From Pseudomonas aeruginosa (lineage in GTDB: Bacteria > Pseudomonadota > Gammaproteobacteria > Pseudomonadales > Pseudomonadaceae), in assembly GCF_001457615.1 (NCBI RefSeq), contig NZ_LN831024.1:3060001-3092000 (forward strand): DNA of 32,000 nucleotides, given 5' to 3'. Every line of letters begins with the position of its first letter. The stretch's first letter is position 1. The translations under genes were made by a program, and so were the position numbers. Positions 1 through 8,449 of the stretch are shown piece by piece. The notes beneath the pieces were generated by a model, which did no database searches, had not been told where the DNA came from, and saw only the letters and a list, made by a program, of their open reading frames with translations.

Positions 1-1036
1 GACCCACGCCCTCGACCTGCACACCACCACCAAGCGCCAGTTCCTGGAAGCGATCGAGCGCGACCTGTTCAAGCCACGCGGCTGGGACTACAAGGTCCAG
101 TTCACCGGCCCGACCGGTGCCGACGCCGTCGAGGCGGCGTTGAAGCTGGCGCGCAAGGCGACCGGGCGTACCAAGGTCGTATCGTTCTACGGGGCTTACC
201 ACGGCATGACCGCCGGCGCCCTGGCCGTCACCGGCAACCGCACTCGCCGTGGCCCTGGGCTTTCCACCGACGTGGTGTTCGTGCCCTACGAAGACAGCCC
301 CTATGGCGAATTCGACAGCATTGGCTTCCTCGAGCGCCTGGCCAACGACCAGGGCAGCGGCTCGGAGCTGCCGGCGGCGGTGATCGTCGAGTCGGTGCAG
401 ATCCAGGCCGGCGTCTACCCGGCTTCCAACCAATGGCTGCAACGCTTGCGCAAGTGGACCACCGACCACGGCGTGCTGCTTATCTGCGACGAGATCCAGG
501 CCGGTTGCGGCCGCACCGGCGACTTCTTCGGCTTCGAGCGCTCCGGGGTGGTGCCGGACCTGATCACCTGCGCCAAATCGATCGGCGGCTTCGGCCTGCC
601 GATGGCGATCGTGTTGCTTCGTGCCGGGCTGGATGTATGGCAACCGGGCGATCACATCGGCACCTTCCGCGGCAACCAGTTGGCGTTCCTGACCGCCCGC
701 ATCGCGCTCAGCTATTGGCACGATGAGCAGTTCCTGAAATTGCTGGCCGGCAACTGCGCGGCCATGGAGCGCGCAGTTGCCGGCTTTGCGGAAATTCCAG
801 GCGTCGCGTCCGCGCGTTGTCGCGGCATGATCGCCGGCATCGATTTCGGCCGCGGCAACGTCGAGGTCGCCAAGGACGCCCAGCAGCGCGTGCTGCAAGC
901 GGGCGTGCTGGTCGACCGCTGCGGCCCGAATGGCGAAATCATCAAGCTGATGCCACCGCTGAACACTCCGACCGACCAACTCGAAGACGGCCTCAGGGCC
1001 TTCGGCGAATCGGTCGCGGCAGCGCTGGGCGAATAG
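1..1036 (+). CDS. EctB/PvdH-type class III aminotransferase (diaminobutyrate--2-oxoglutarate transaminase family), 5' truncated by the window edge
   Basis: Open frame runs from base 2 (THALDLHTTTKRQFLEAIERDLF...VQFTGPTGADAVEAALKLARKATGR) to TAG at 1034-1036. Class III PLP motifs include DEIQAGCGRTG and the Lys motif ITCAKSIGGFGLPMA. Confidence 0.88.
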   Translation, partial: THALDLHTTTKRQFLEAIERDLFKPRGWDYKVQFTGPTGADAVEAALKLARKATGRTKVVSFYGAYHGMTAGALAVTGNRTRRGPGLSTDVVFVPYEDSPYGEFDSIGFLERLANDQGSGSELPAAVIVESVQIQAGVYPASNQWLQRLRKWTTDHGVLLICDEIQAGCGRTGDFFGFERSGVVPDLITCAKSIGGFGLPMAIVLLRAGLDVWQPGDHIGTFRGNQLAFLTARIALSYWHDEQFLKLLAGNCAAMERAVAGFAEIPGVASARCRGMIAGIDFGRGNVEVAKDAQQRVLQAGVLVDRCGPNGEIIKLMPPLNTPTDQLEDGLRAFGESVAAALGE

Positions 1037-1124
1037 CTGCCAGGGTCACCCTTCGGCCTGTGTTGAAGCGCAGGCCGGAGACCTGTTGGACATCAGCCAG
1101 AACAATAATCAGGAGACCTCGAGC

Positions 1125-2045
1125 GTGCGTGAACACAATGATGAAAGCTTCGAGTTCGAAGTGTCCGTGATCGGGCTCGGAGCCATGGGAACCATCATGG
1201 CCCAAGCGTTGCTCAGGCAAGGCAGGCGCGTGGCGATCTGGAACCGCTCACCCGGCAAGGCCGCGGCGCTCGTCGCCGCTGGCGCTCACCTGTGCGAGAG
1301 CGCCGAAGCCGCGCTGGCTGCAAGCCCGGCCACGATCTTCGTGCTCCTGGACAACCAGGCGACCCACGAGGTGCTCGGGATGCCAGGTGTGATGCAGGCA
1401 CTGGCCAACCGTACGATCGTCGATTACACGACCAACGCCCGGGACGAGGGCCTGGCGCTTCAGAGTCTCGTCAACCGCGCGGGCGGCCATTACGTCAAAG
1501 GGATGATCGTGGCCTACCCGCGCAACGTTGGTCGTCGCGAAAGCCACAGCATTCATACCGGTGATCCTGAGGCCTTCGAACGGCATCGGGCGCTGCTTGA
1601 GGGGCTTGCCGGCCATACGACGTTCCTCCCCTGGGACGAAGCATTGGCCTTCGCCACCGTGCTCCACGCGCATGCGTTTGCCGCGATGGTGGCTTTCTTC
1701 GAGGCCGTGGGGGCTGGTGTCCACTTCGGCCTGCCGCCTTCGAAGACCGCTCGGCTCATGCTCGACACGTCGCGCTTTTTCGTCGCCGATGCACTCGAGG
1801 AAGCGGTCCGTCGGCTGGAAGCGCAGGATTTCGCAGGCGATCAGGCGAGGCTCGATGTACATGCCCAGGCCTTCGCCCATATCGCCGGAGCCCTGCACGC
1901 ACAAGGGACCTGGACGCCGGTCTTCGACGCGCTGTGCCAGGCCGTGCAACGCGCGGCAGCCATGGGCTATGGCGACCAGGACATCGTAGCCGTCACCCGC
2001 CTGTTCGCCCGCGAATGCGACACCGCAAGCGCGGCGGGACAGTGA
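1125..2045 (+). CDS. NAD(P)-binding imine-reductase-like / beta-hydroxyacid dehydrogenase superfamily protein
   Basis: N-terminal VSVIGLGAMGTIMAQALLRQGRRVAIWNRSPGKAAALVAAGA Rossmann motif; IRED-style segments GHYVKGMIVAYPRNVG and TWTPVFDALCQAVQRAAAMGYGDQD. GTG start preceded by AGGAG; the track's TTG start is at 1086. Confidence 0.75.
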   Translation: MREHNDESFEFEVSVIGLGAMGTIMAQALLRQGRRVAIWNRSPGKAAALVAAGAHLCESAEAALAASPATIFVLLDNQATHEVLGMPGVMQALANRTIVDYTTNARDEGLALQSLVNRAGGHYVKGMIVAYPRNVGRRESHSIHTGDPEAFERHRALLEGLAGHTTFLPWDEALAFATVLHAHAFAAMVAFFEAVGAGVHFGLPPSKTARLMLDTSRFFVADALEEAVRRLEAQDFAGDQARLDVHAQAFAHIAGALHAQGTWTPVFDALCQAVQRAAAMGYGDQDIVAVTRLFARECDTASAAGQ

Positions 2046-2118
2046 CTGCGCTGCGCTTCTAAGGTCCGCGTGGATAGCGCCCGAAGACAACAACTATAAA
2101 AAATCGCTGGAGAATCAT

Positions 2119-2271
2119 ATGCGCCGATTCGGTTTTCTACTGGCTGTCCTTGTACTGGTCATCTTCCTGAGTGCACTGTTTTCGAAGCCTTCCGTCGTCA
2201 ACCGCGGGACGGCTCAGCGCATGGAGCACTACCCCACCGTCGGTATCGGAGACATCTTCCGGGGGCACTAG
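2119..2271 (+). CDS. Putative 50-aa single-pass membrane micro-protein
   Basis: Manual translation MRRFGFLLAVLVLVIFLSALFSKPSVVNRGTAQRMEHYPTVGIGDIFRGH*; GGAG 6 nt before ATG. Below the size cutoff of the ORF track. Confidence 0.5.
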   Translation: MRRFGFLLAVLVLVIFLSALFSKPSVVNRGTAQRMEHYPTVGIGDIFRGH

Positions 2272-2334
2272 CCAGGCCTCGGGCGACAGACAGCCTCGAA
2301 GCCTGCCACCCGTTCGACAGCGACCGTGTGCGCC

Positions 2335-3993
2335 TCAGTGGTCTATGGCTCCGCTGGCGCCAAGGCCGGCCTGGCCTCGTACGTATTGGTCGGCGAAGGC
2401 TGCCCTTTCCGCCATGGCCCGCTTGGTCCGGTCCAGGCGGGAAACGCCATACGCCACCAGGAACGCCAACGGCATGGAGAACAGCGCAGGCTGGGTATAG
2501 GGGAACAGCGGCTCGGCGAAGTGCAACACATCCACCCACACCAGCCTGGAGAAAACCACGAAGCCCATGGCGCTGAACAACCCGACGTAGCCACCGGCCA
2601 ACGCGCCACGGGTGGTCAGCCCCGACCAGAACATCGACAGGAACAGCACCGGGAAGTTGGCCGAAGCGGCGATGCCAAAGGCCAGGGCGACCATGAAGGC
2701 CACGTTGATGTTCTCGAACACGATGCCCAGGGCTATCGCCACCAAGCCAAGGCCCAGGGTTGCCAGCTTGGTTACCCGCAGCTCCTGCGCCTCGCTGGCC
2801 GCGCCCTTCATGATCACCCGCGCATACAGGTCATGGGCGATGGCGGACGCCCCGGCCAGGGCCAGGCCTGACACCACGGCCAGGATGGTGGCGAAGGTCA
2901 CGGCGGAGAGGAAGCCCAGCAGCAGGTTGCCTCCCACTGCCTGGGCCAGGTGCATGACCACCATGTTGCCCCCGCCCAGCAGCTTGCCTCCCGCTTCCCC
3001 GCCCTCGAAGAACCGGGGCTGCTGGCTGACGATCACGATCGACGCCAGGCCCAGCAGGAAAATGACATTGAAGAAGTAGCCGATGAACCCGGTGGCGTAG
3101 AGCACCGACTTGCGCGCCTCCCGGGCATCGCCGACGGTGAAGAAACGCATCAGGATGTGCGGCAGCCCGGCGGTGCCGAACACCAGCCCCAGGCTCAGCG
3201 ATAGCGCGGTCAACGGGTCGGCCAGCAAGCCACCAGGGGCCAGCAGGCGTTCGCCCAGGGCATGGCTATCCATCGCCTGGCTGACCAGCCTGTCATAGCT
3301 GAAGTCGAATTCGCGCATCGCCAGGAACAGCACCAGCGAGCCGCCGACCAGCAGCAGGAATGCCTTGACGATCTGCACCCAGGTGGTTGCCACCATACCG
3401 CCGAAGGTCACATACAGCATCATCAGCGCACCGACGATCACCAGGGCGATCTGGTAGTCCAGGCCGAACAGCAGCCTGATCAACTGCCCGGCCCCGACCA
3501 TCTGCGCCACCAGGTAGAAACACACCACGGTCAGCGATCCGATGGCGGCCATGGTGCGCACCTTGCCCTGGTCGAGACGGTACGAGGTGATGTCGGCGAA
3601 GGTGAAGCGGCCCAGGTTGCGCAGCCGCTCGGTCATCAATAGCAGCAGTACCGGCCAGCCCGCGAAGAAGGCGATGAGATAGATGTAGCCATCCATCCCG
3701 GAGCTGTAGATGAGCGCGGTGATTCCCAGCAGCGTGGAGGCGGACATGTAGTCGCCGGCCAGCGCCAGGCCGTTCTGCCAGCCCCGGATACCGCCACCGG
3801 CGCTATAGAAATCCGCCGTCGAATGGGTCCGTCGCGCCGCCCACCAGGTGATGCACAGGGTGAACAGCACGAACACCATGAACATGCCGATGGCATGCAG
3901 GTTGAGCGGCTGGCGCTGGCCAGCGTCCAACGCGGGCGAGGCCAACAGCAGGCCGGAGTGCAGCGACAACGCCAGGGGAAGGAGCTTCTTCAT
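2335..3993 (-). CDS. ActP-like solute:Na+ symporter of the lva operon (lvaF/lvaG member; letter assignment needs checking)
   Basis: 552 aa from MKKLLPLALSLHSG. SSS-family features (STADFYSAGGGIRGWQNGLALAGDYMSASTLLGI). Track start at 4329 is an in-frame extension over the neighbouring gene. Confidence 0.88.
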   Translation of the reverse strand: MKKLLPLALSLHSGLLLASPALDAGQRQPLNLHAIGMFMVFVLFTLCITWWAARRTHSTADFYSAGGGIRGWQNGLALAGDYMSASTLLGITALIYSSGMDGYIYLIAFFAGWPVLLLLMTERLRNLGRFTFADITSYRLDQGKVRTMAAIGSLTVVCFYLVAQMVGAGQLIRLLFGLDYQIALVIVGALMMLYVTFGGMVATTWVQIVKAFLLLVGGSLVLFLAMREFDFSYDRLVSQAMDSHALGERLLAPGGLLADPLTALSLSLGLVFGTAGLPHILMRFFTVGDAREARKSVLYATGFIGYFFNVIFLLGLASIVIVSQQPRFFEGGEAGGKLLGGGNMVVMHLAQAVGGNLLLGFLSAVTFATILAVVSGLALAGASAIAHDLYARVIMKGAASEAQELRVTKLATLGLGLVAIALGIVFENINVAFMVALAFGIAASANFPVLFLSMFWSGLTTRGALAGGYVGLFSAMGFVVFSRLVWVDVLHFAEPLFPYTQPALFSMPLAFLVAYGVSRLDRTKRAMAERAAFADQYVRGQAGLGASGAIDH

Positions 3994-4313
3994 GCGCCCT
4001 GCTCCTCTTCCAGCCCAGCGACCAGAGCCTGGGTCAGGCGATCGAATTCGCCGTTGGCGCGGTACACATAGAGCGCCGACAAGGCACAGAAGAACACGAA
4101 CAGGAACACGCCGGCGGCGACGCCGAAGGTCATGTTCGAGCCCTGCGCCAGACGCCTGGCAATCAGCTCGGGGCAGAACGATACCAGCGCGATGTAGCCG
4201 TGGAACGTGGCCAGGATCAGCAGGAGCAGGCTCAGGGTGAAACGGTTTCGGCGCGCCACCAGTTGCTGGAACCGGGCACTGGCGCGGATACGTGCGTATA
4301 GCAGGCTGGACAT
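3990..4313 (-). CDS. DUF485 family inner-membrane protein, partner of the ActP-like symporter
   Basis: 107 aa with two hydrophobic segments. ATGA overlap with the downstream symporter, as in yjcH-actP pairs. Confidence 0.85.
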   Translation of the reverse strand: MSSLLYARIRASARFQQLVARRNRFTLSLLLLILATFHGYIALVSFCPELIARRLAQGSNMTFGVAAGVFLFVFFCALSALYVYRANGEFDRLTQALVAGLEEEQGA

Positions 4314-4369
4314 GGGACACCTCGGGCAACCTAGTTATTGTTATGGAATGTGCGGGTGCGGCAGCGCCA

Positions 4370-6019
4370 TCAGCGGCCGGCGTCGCCGGCCTCCTCCTCC
4401 TGCCGGGCCCACTCGCGCAGGACGAACTTCTGGATCTTGCCGGTGGCGGTCTTGGGCAGTTCGGTAAGCGTCACATGCCGCGGTGCCTTGAAGTGCGCCA
4501 GGCGCTCGCGGCACCAGCGGACCAGATCGTCACCCGTGGTTCTGGGTAAGGCATCCGCCCGCAAGGCGACGAACGCGTGGGGTGTCTCGCCCCAGCGCGA
4601 ATCCGGGCGCGCCACCACCGCGGCCTCGACCACCTCGGGGTGCTGGTAGAGCACTTCCTCGATCTCCAGCGAGCTGATGTTCTCGCCGCCGGAAATGATG
4701 ATGTCCTTGGCCCGGTCCTTGATTTCCACGTAGCCGTCCGGGTGCAGCACGGCCAGGTCGCCGGTGTGCAACCAGCCGTCGGCCAACGCGGCACGGGTGG
4801 CCTCGGGGTTGTGCAGGTAGCCTTTCATCACGGTGTTGCCCCGCACTACCAGTTCGCCAAGGGTGCGGCCGTCGGCCGGGACCGGACGGCCGGTGTCGGT
4901 ATCCAGCACCGTGGCCTCCTCGAGCATCGGGTGGGCGACGCCCTGGCGGCTCATGAACTGGGCCCGGGCCTCCAGCGGCAATTCGTCGACCCCCGGCTGC
5001 CACAGGCACAGGGTGCTGGGGCCGTAGCTTTCGGTCATGCCGTAGGCGTGGGTGATGCTGAAGCCGCGTGCTTCCATGGCGGCGATGACCGCGCTGGGCG
5101 GCGCGGCGCCGCCGGTGATCACCGATACCGGCACGGCAGGGACGCTGGCATGCTCGGCATGGATCAGCATCGACATCACCACCGGCGCGGCGCTCAGGTG
5201 GGTCACCGCATGCTCGGCAATGGCGGCGTGGATCGCATCTGGCTGGACCTTGCGCAGGCATACGTGCGTGCCACCGGACAGCGTCACCGCCCAGGTATGG
5301 CTCCAGCCGTTGCAGTGGAACATCGGCAAGGTCCACAGGTAGACGCTGCGCGGCCCCAACTGGAAGATCAGCGCGCCGGCGCAGGCGTTGAGGTAGGCGC
5401 CGCGGTGATGCAGGACCACGCCCTTGGGATCCCCCGTGGTGCCGGAGGTGTAGTTGATGGCGATCGACTGCCATTCGTTCTGCGGCGCACTCAGCGGCCG
5501 CCCCGGGTCGCCCTGGGCCAGAAACGCCTCATAGTCCAGGTCGTGGGCGAGGTCGGCTCGCTCGGCCTGGTCATCGTCGATGCCCACCAGCAAGGGCGGC
5601 GCATCGAGCATGGCCAGCGCCTGCTGGGCCACGGCACCGAACTCACGGTCGCAGATCAGCACCCTGGCCGCGCAGTGGCGCAGGATGAAGGCGATGCTGC
5701 GTGCCTCCAGGCGAATGTTGATGCATACCAGCACCGCCCCGGCACCGGGTACGCCATAGTGGGCCTCGAGCATTTCCGGGATATTCGGCGCCAGTATCGC
5801 CACCCGCTCGCCCGCTTGTACGCCGACCCGCTCCAGGGCACTGGCCAGGGCGCAACTGCGCTCGTGCAACTGGCGGTAGCTGTAGCGCCTTGCGCCATAG
5901 ACCACCGCATCGCGCTGCGGGTACACCTGCGCGGCACGCTTGAGGAACGACAGCGGCGACAGCGGGACATGGTTGGCTTCGTTGGGAGCAAGCTCATGCT
6001 CGAGGGTCGGAACCATCAT
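4370..6019 (-). CDS. lvaE: Acyl-CoA synthetase / AMP-dependent ligase, LvaE-like
   Basis: AMP-ligase motif YTSGTTGDPKGV, HAYGMTESYG, C-terminal LPKTATGKIQKFVLR. Start MMVPTLEHEL preceded by GAGGTG; position in an lvaABCDE-ordered operon. Confidence 0.83.
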   Translation of the reverse strand: MMVPTLEHELAPNEANHVPLSPLSFLKRAAQVYPQRDAVVYGARRYSYRQLHERSCALASALERVGVQAGERVAILAPNIPEMLEAHYGVPGAGAVLVCINIRLEARSIAFILRHCAARVLICDREFGAVAQQALAMLDAPPLLVGIDDDQAERADLAHDLDYEAFLAQGDPGRPLSAPQNEWQSIAINYTSGTTGDPKGVVLHHRGAYLNACAGALIFQLGPRSVYLWTLPMFHCNGWSHTWAVTLSGGTHVCLRKVQPDAIHAAIAEHAVTHLSAAPVVMSMLIHAEHASVPAVPVSVITGGAAPPSAVIAAMEARGFSITHAYGMTESYGPSTLCLWQPGVDELPLEARAQFMSRQGVAHPMLEEATVLDTDTGRPVPADGRTLGELVVRGNTVMKGYLHNPEATRAALADGWLHTGDLAVLHPDGYVEIKDRAKDIIISGGENISSLEIEEVLYQHPEVVEAAVVARPDSRWGETPHAFVALRADALPRTTGDDLVRWCRERLAHFKAPRHVTLTELPKTATGKIQKFVLREWARQEEEAGDAGR

Positions 6020-6070
6020 GGCAGCCACCTCATCGACACATTGCTCGGGTCTTGCACGCACATACATACC

Positions 6071-6090
6071 TCCTGTTCTTGTTGTTATTG
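6071..6090 (-). promoter_or_regulatory. A-rich CA motif (Hfq/Crc-type target) upstream of lvaE
   Basis: Minus strand CAATAACAACAAGAACAGGA contains AACAACAA directly before AGGAGG. Confidence 0.5.
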
Positions 6091-6102
6091 CGCCAGGGCG
6101 CG

Positions 6103-6870
6103 TTACAGGCTGCTGCACAGGTGGCCGCCATCGACCACGATCTCGGCGCCGCTCATGGCCCGCCCGGCATCGCTGGCGAGCAGCAGCAAGGCGCCGTCCA
6201 GGTCCGCCGGCACGCTGAAGCGGCGGCTGGGGATACGCGAGCGCAACTTGTCGCCGGCCTCGCTGGCCAGGAAGGCCTCGTTCAGGTCGGTCATCACGTA
6301 GCCGGGCGCCAGGGCGTTCACCCGGATGCCATGGCGCGCCAACTCCAGCGCCATGGCGCGGGTCAGGTGGGCCAGGCCGGCCTTGGCCGCCAGGTAGGGG
6401 CCGACGGCGCCGGCCACACGGCTGGCGAGGATCGAAGTGACATTGATCAGGCTGCCGCCCTTCCCCGCCGCGACCATGCGCCTGGCGCTTTCCTGGGCCA
6501 CCGCCCAGGCGCCCTTGAGGTTGGTGTCGAGCACGCGGTCCCAGCTTTGATCGTCGCAGGCCAGCAAGGGCTGGCTGTCGCTCACCCCCGCATTGTTGAC
6601 CAGCACATCCAGCGGGCCGGCGGCATCGAGCACCCGGCAGATATCCTCACGGCAGGTCACATCGAGGGCAAAGGCCTGCGCCCGCCCTCCCGCCACCTCG
6701 ATGGCCTCCACCAGTGCCTGCAGCGGCGCCTGGCGCCTGGCAGTCACCACCACCTCGGCGCCTGCGGCGGCCAGGGTCATGGCGAAGTGGCGGCCCAGGC
6801 CGCTGGAGGCTCCGGTCACCAGGGCGCGGCGCCCGTCGAGGGCGAACAGTCGGGTCAGGTTCGGCTGCAT
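6103..6870 (-). CDS. lvaD: Short-chain dehydrogenase/reductase, LvaD-like
   Basis: 255 aa; TGASSGLG cofactor motif, NNAG, SLINVTSILAS and YLAAK catalytic region; operon position. Confidence 0.82.
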   Translation of the reverse strand: MQPNLTRLFALDGRRALVTGASSGLGRHFAMTLAAAGAEVVVTARRQAPLQALVEAIEVAGGRAQAFALDVTCREDICRVLDAAGPLDVLVNNAGVSDSQPLLACDDQSWDRVLDTNLKGAWAVAQESARRMVAAGKGGSLINVTSILASRVAGAVGPYLAAKAGLAHLTRAMALELARHGIRVNALAPGYVMTDLNEAFLASEAGDKLRSRIPSRRFSVPADLDGALLLLASDAGRAMSGAEIVVDGGHLCSSL

Positions 6871-8042
6871 CAGCGGGCCTCCAGGCGCTGGTCGAGCAGT
6901 TTCTTCGCCAGGCTCATGCGGTGCACCTCGCTCGGGCCGTCATAGATGCGGAACGGGCGAATGTCGCGGAAGATCCGCTCCACCACGGTGTCTCCGGTCA
7001 CCCCGCGCCCGCCCAGTACCTGGACGCAACGATCGACCACCCGCCACAACGCCTCGGCGCTGATCACCTTGGCCATGCTGGAGTCGACATTGGCCCGCCG
7101 GCCCTGGTCGAGCACCCAGGCACAGTGCCACACCGCCAGGCGCACCACGTGCAGGTCCATCATGTTGTCGGCCAGCATGAAGCCCACACCCTGGTGCTCG
7201 CCCAGCGGCTTGCCGAAGGCGTCGCGGGTGCGCGCATAGTCGCAGGCGATGTCGTGGGCGCGACGCGCGGCGCCCAGCCAGCGCATGCAGTGGGTGAGCC
7301 GCGCCGGCGCCAGGCGCACCTGGGCATACCGGAACCCCTTGCCGATCTCGCCGAGCACATCGCTCGCCGGAATACGCAGGTTGTCGAAACGCAGCTGCCC
7401 GTGGCCACCGGTGAAGCAGCTGTCCAGCGAGTCCAGCTGACGCTCATGGATGATGCCGTCGCGTTTCATGTCGGTCAGGAACATGGTCGCCGTACCATCC
7501 TCCATGCGCGCCATGACGATGCCGAAGTCGGCGCCTTCTGCGCCGGTGATCAGCCACTTGCGGCCATTGATCAGGTAGTCGTCGCCATCGCGGGTGGCGG
7601 TGGTGCGCAGCATCGAGGGGTCCGAGCCGGAGCCTGGCGCAGGCTCGGTCATGGCGAAGCAGGAACGGGCATGGCCCTGGACCAGCGGGCGCAACCAGCG
7701 GTCTTTCTGCGCCTCGGTGGCGACCATGTCCATCAGGTGGATGTTGCCTTCGTCCGGGGCATGGATGTTCAGCGCCACCGGGCCCAGCGGCGAGTAGCCG
7801 GCCTCTTCGAAGACGATCGCCTTGGCCACGTGGCTCAGCGCCAGGCCACCCATTTCGCGGCTGGCGTGGGGCGTCAGCAAGCCGGCCGCGCGGGCGCGGG
7901 CCACCAGGTCCTGGCGCAGGGCGTCGCTGGGGCCGTGGCTGTCCTGGCGGGGGTCGTTCTCGAGCGGGATGACCTGTTCGGCGATGAAGTCTCGGGTCTT
8001 GGCCTGCAAGGCGAGCAGTTCGTCCGGGAGGGTGAAGTTCAT
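6870..8042 (-). CDS. lvaC: Acyl-CoA dehydrogenase, LvaC-like
   Basis: 390 aa; CFAMTEP, KWLITGA, ACAD C-terminal helices with QVLGGRGVTGDTVVERIFRDIRPFRIYDG; operon position. Confidence 0.83.
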   Translation of the reverse strand: MNFTLPDELLALQAKTRDFIAEQVIPLENDPRQDSHGPSDALRQDLVARARAAGLLTPHASREMGGLALSHVAKAIVFEEAGYSPLGPVALNIHAPDEGNIHLMDMVATEAQKDRWLRPLVQGHARSCFAMTEPAPGSGSDPSMLRTTATRDGDDYLINGRKWLITGAEGADFGIVMARMEDGTATMFLTDMKRDGIIHERQLDSLDSCFTGGHGQLRFDNLRIPASDVLGEIGKGFRYAQVRLAPARLTHCMRWLGAARRAHDIACDYARTRDAFGKPLGEHQGVGFMLADNMMDLHVVRLAVWHCAWVLDQGRRANVDSSMAKVISAEALWRVVDRCVQVLGGRGVTGDTVVERIFRDIRPFRIYDGPSEVHRMSLAKKLLDQRLEAR

Positions 8043-8092
8043 GGTTGTCCTTCTGGATGCTTGTCTGTCGGGAATGAGATGGCTGACGCCGT

Positions 8093-8449
8093 TCAGGGCA
8101 AGGCCTTGGGATTGCTGATGGCCAATCGGGCGAGGGTGACCTGGCGCAATGTCTCGACCAGGGTTCTATGGTTTTGCGGGGCGTCATGGCTGCCCAGGCG
8201 AATGGCCCGTGCCAGTTGGCGGCGCAGGTCGGGCAAGGCTGCGGGCGCCTCGTCGACCAAGGCGGCCAGACGTGTCCGCTCCTGGTCCTCGGCCAGAGCC
8301 CCCAGGCGGCTTTCGCGGGCTGCGATGGCCATGGCATTGGCGATCATCAGGGCCGGGTAACGCAGCTCGCCGGGCAGCGCTGGCAGCAGTTGCTCCAGAA
8401 GCGTCGAGCGAGCGATGTCGAGCAGTTCATGGGCATCGGGCTGGGTCAT
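8093..8449 (-). CDS. lvaB: Small LvaB-like protein (DUF6285-type)
   Basis: 118 aa, overlaps the 3' end of the kinase gene by 4 nt; same position as lvaB between the kinase and the acyl-CoA dehydrogenase. Confidence 0.78.
   Translation of the reverse strand: MTQPDAHELLDIARSTLLEQLLPALPGELRYPALMIANAMAIAARESRLGALAEDQERTRLAALVDEAPAALPDLRRQLARAIRLGSHDAPQNHRTLVETLRQVTLARLAISNPKALP

Noticed and set aside
3994-4329. N-terminal 112-residue extension of the symporter ORF
   Set aside because: Arg/Pro-rich out-of-frame reading of the DUF485 gene; the real start is MKKLLPLAL at 3993.
4577-6301. 574-aa plus-strand ORF antisense to lvaE/lvaD
   Set aside because: Low-complexity G/A/Q/H/D-rich translation typical of high-GC antisense frames. 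The opposite strand has clear AMP-ligase and SDR motifs.
6714-8360. 548-aa plus-strand ORF antisense to lvaC
   Set aside because: No recognisable domains; covers an intact acyl-CoA dehydrogenase on the other strand.
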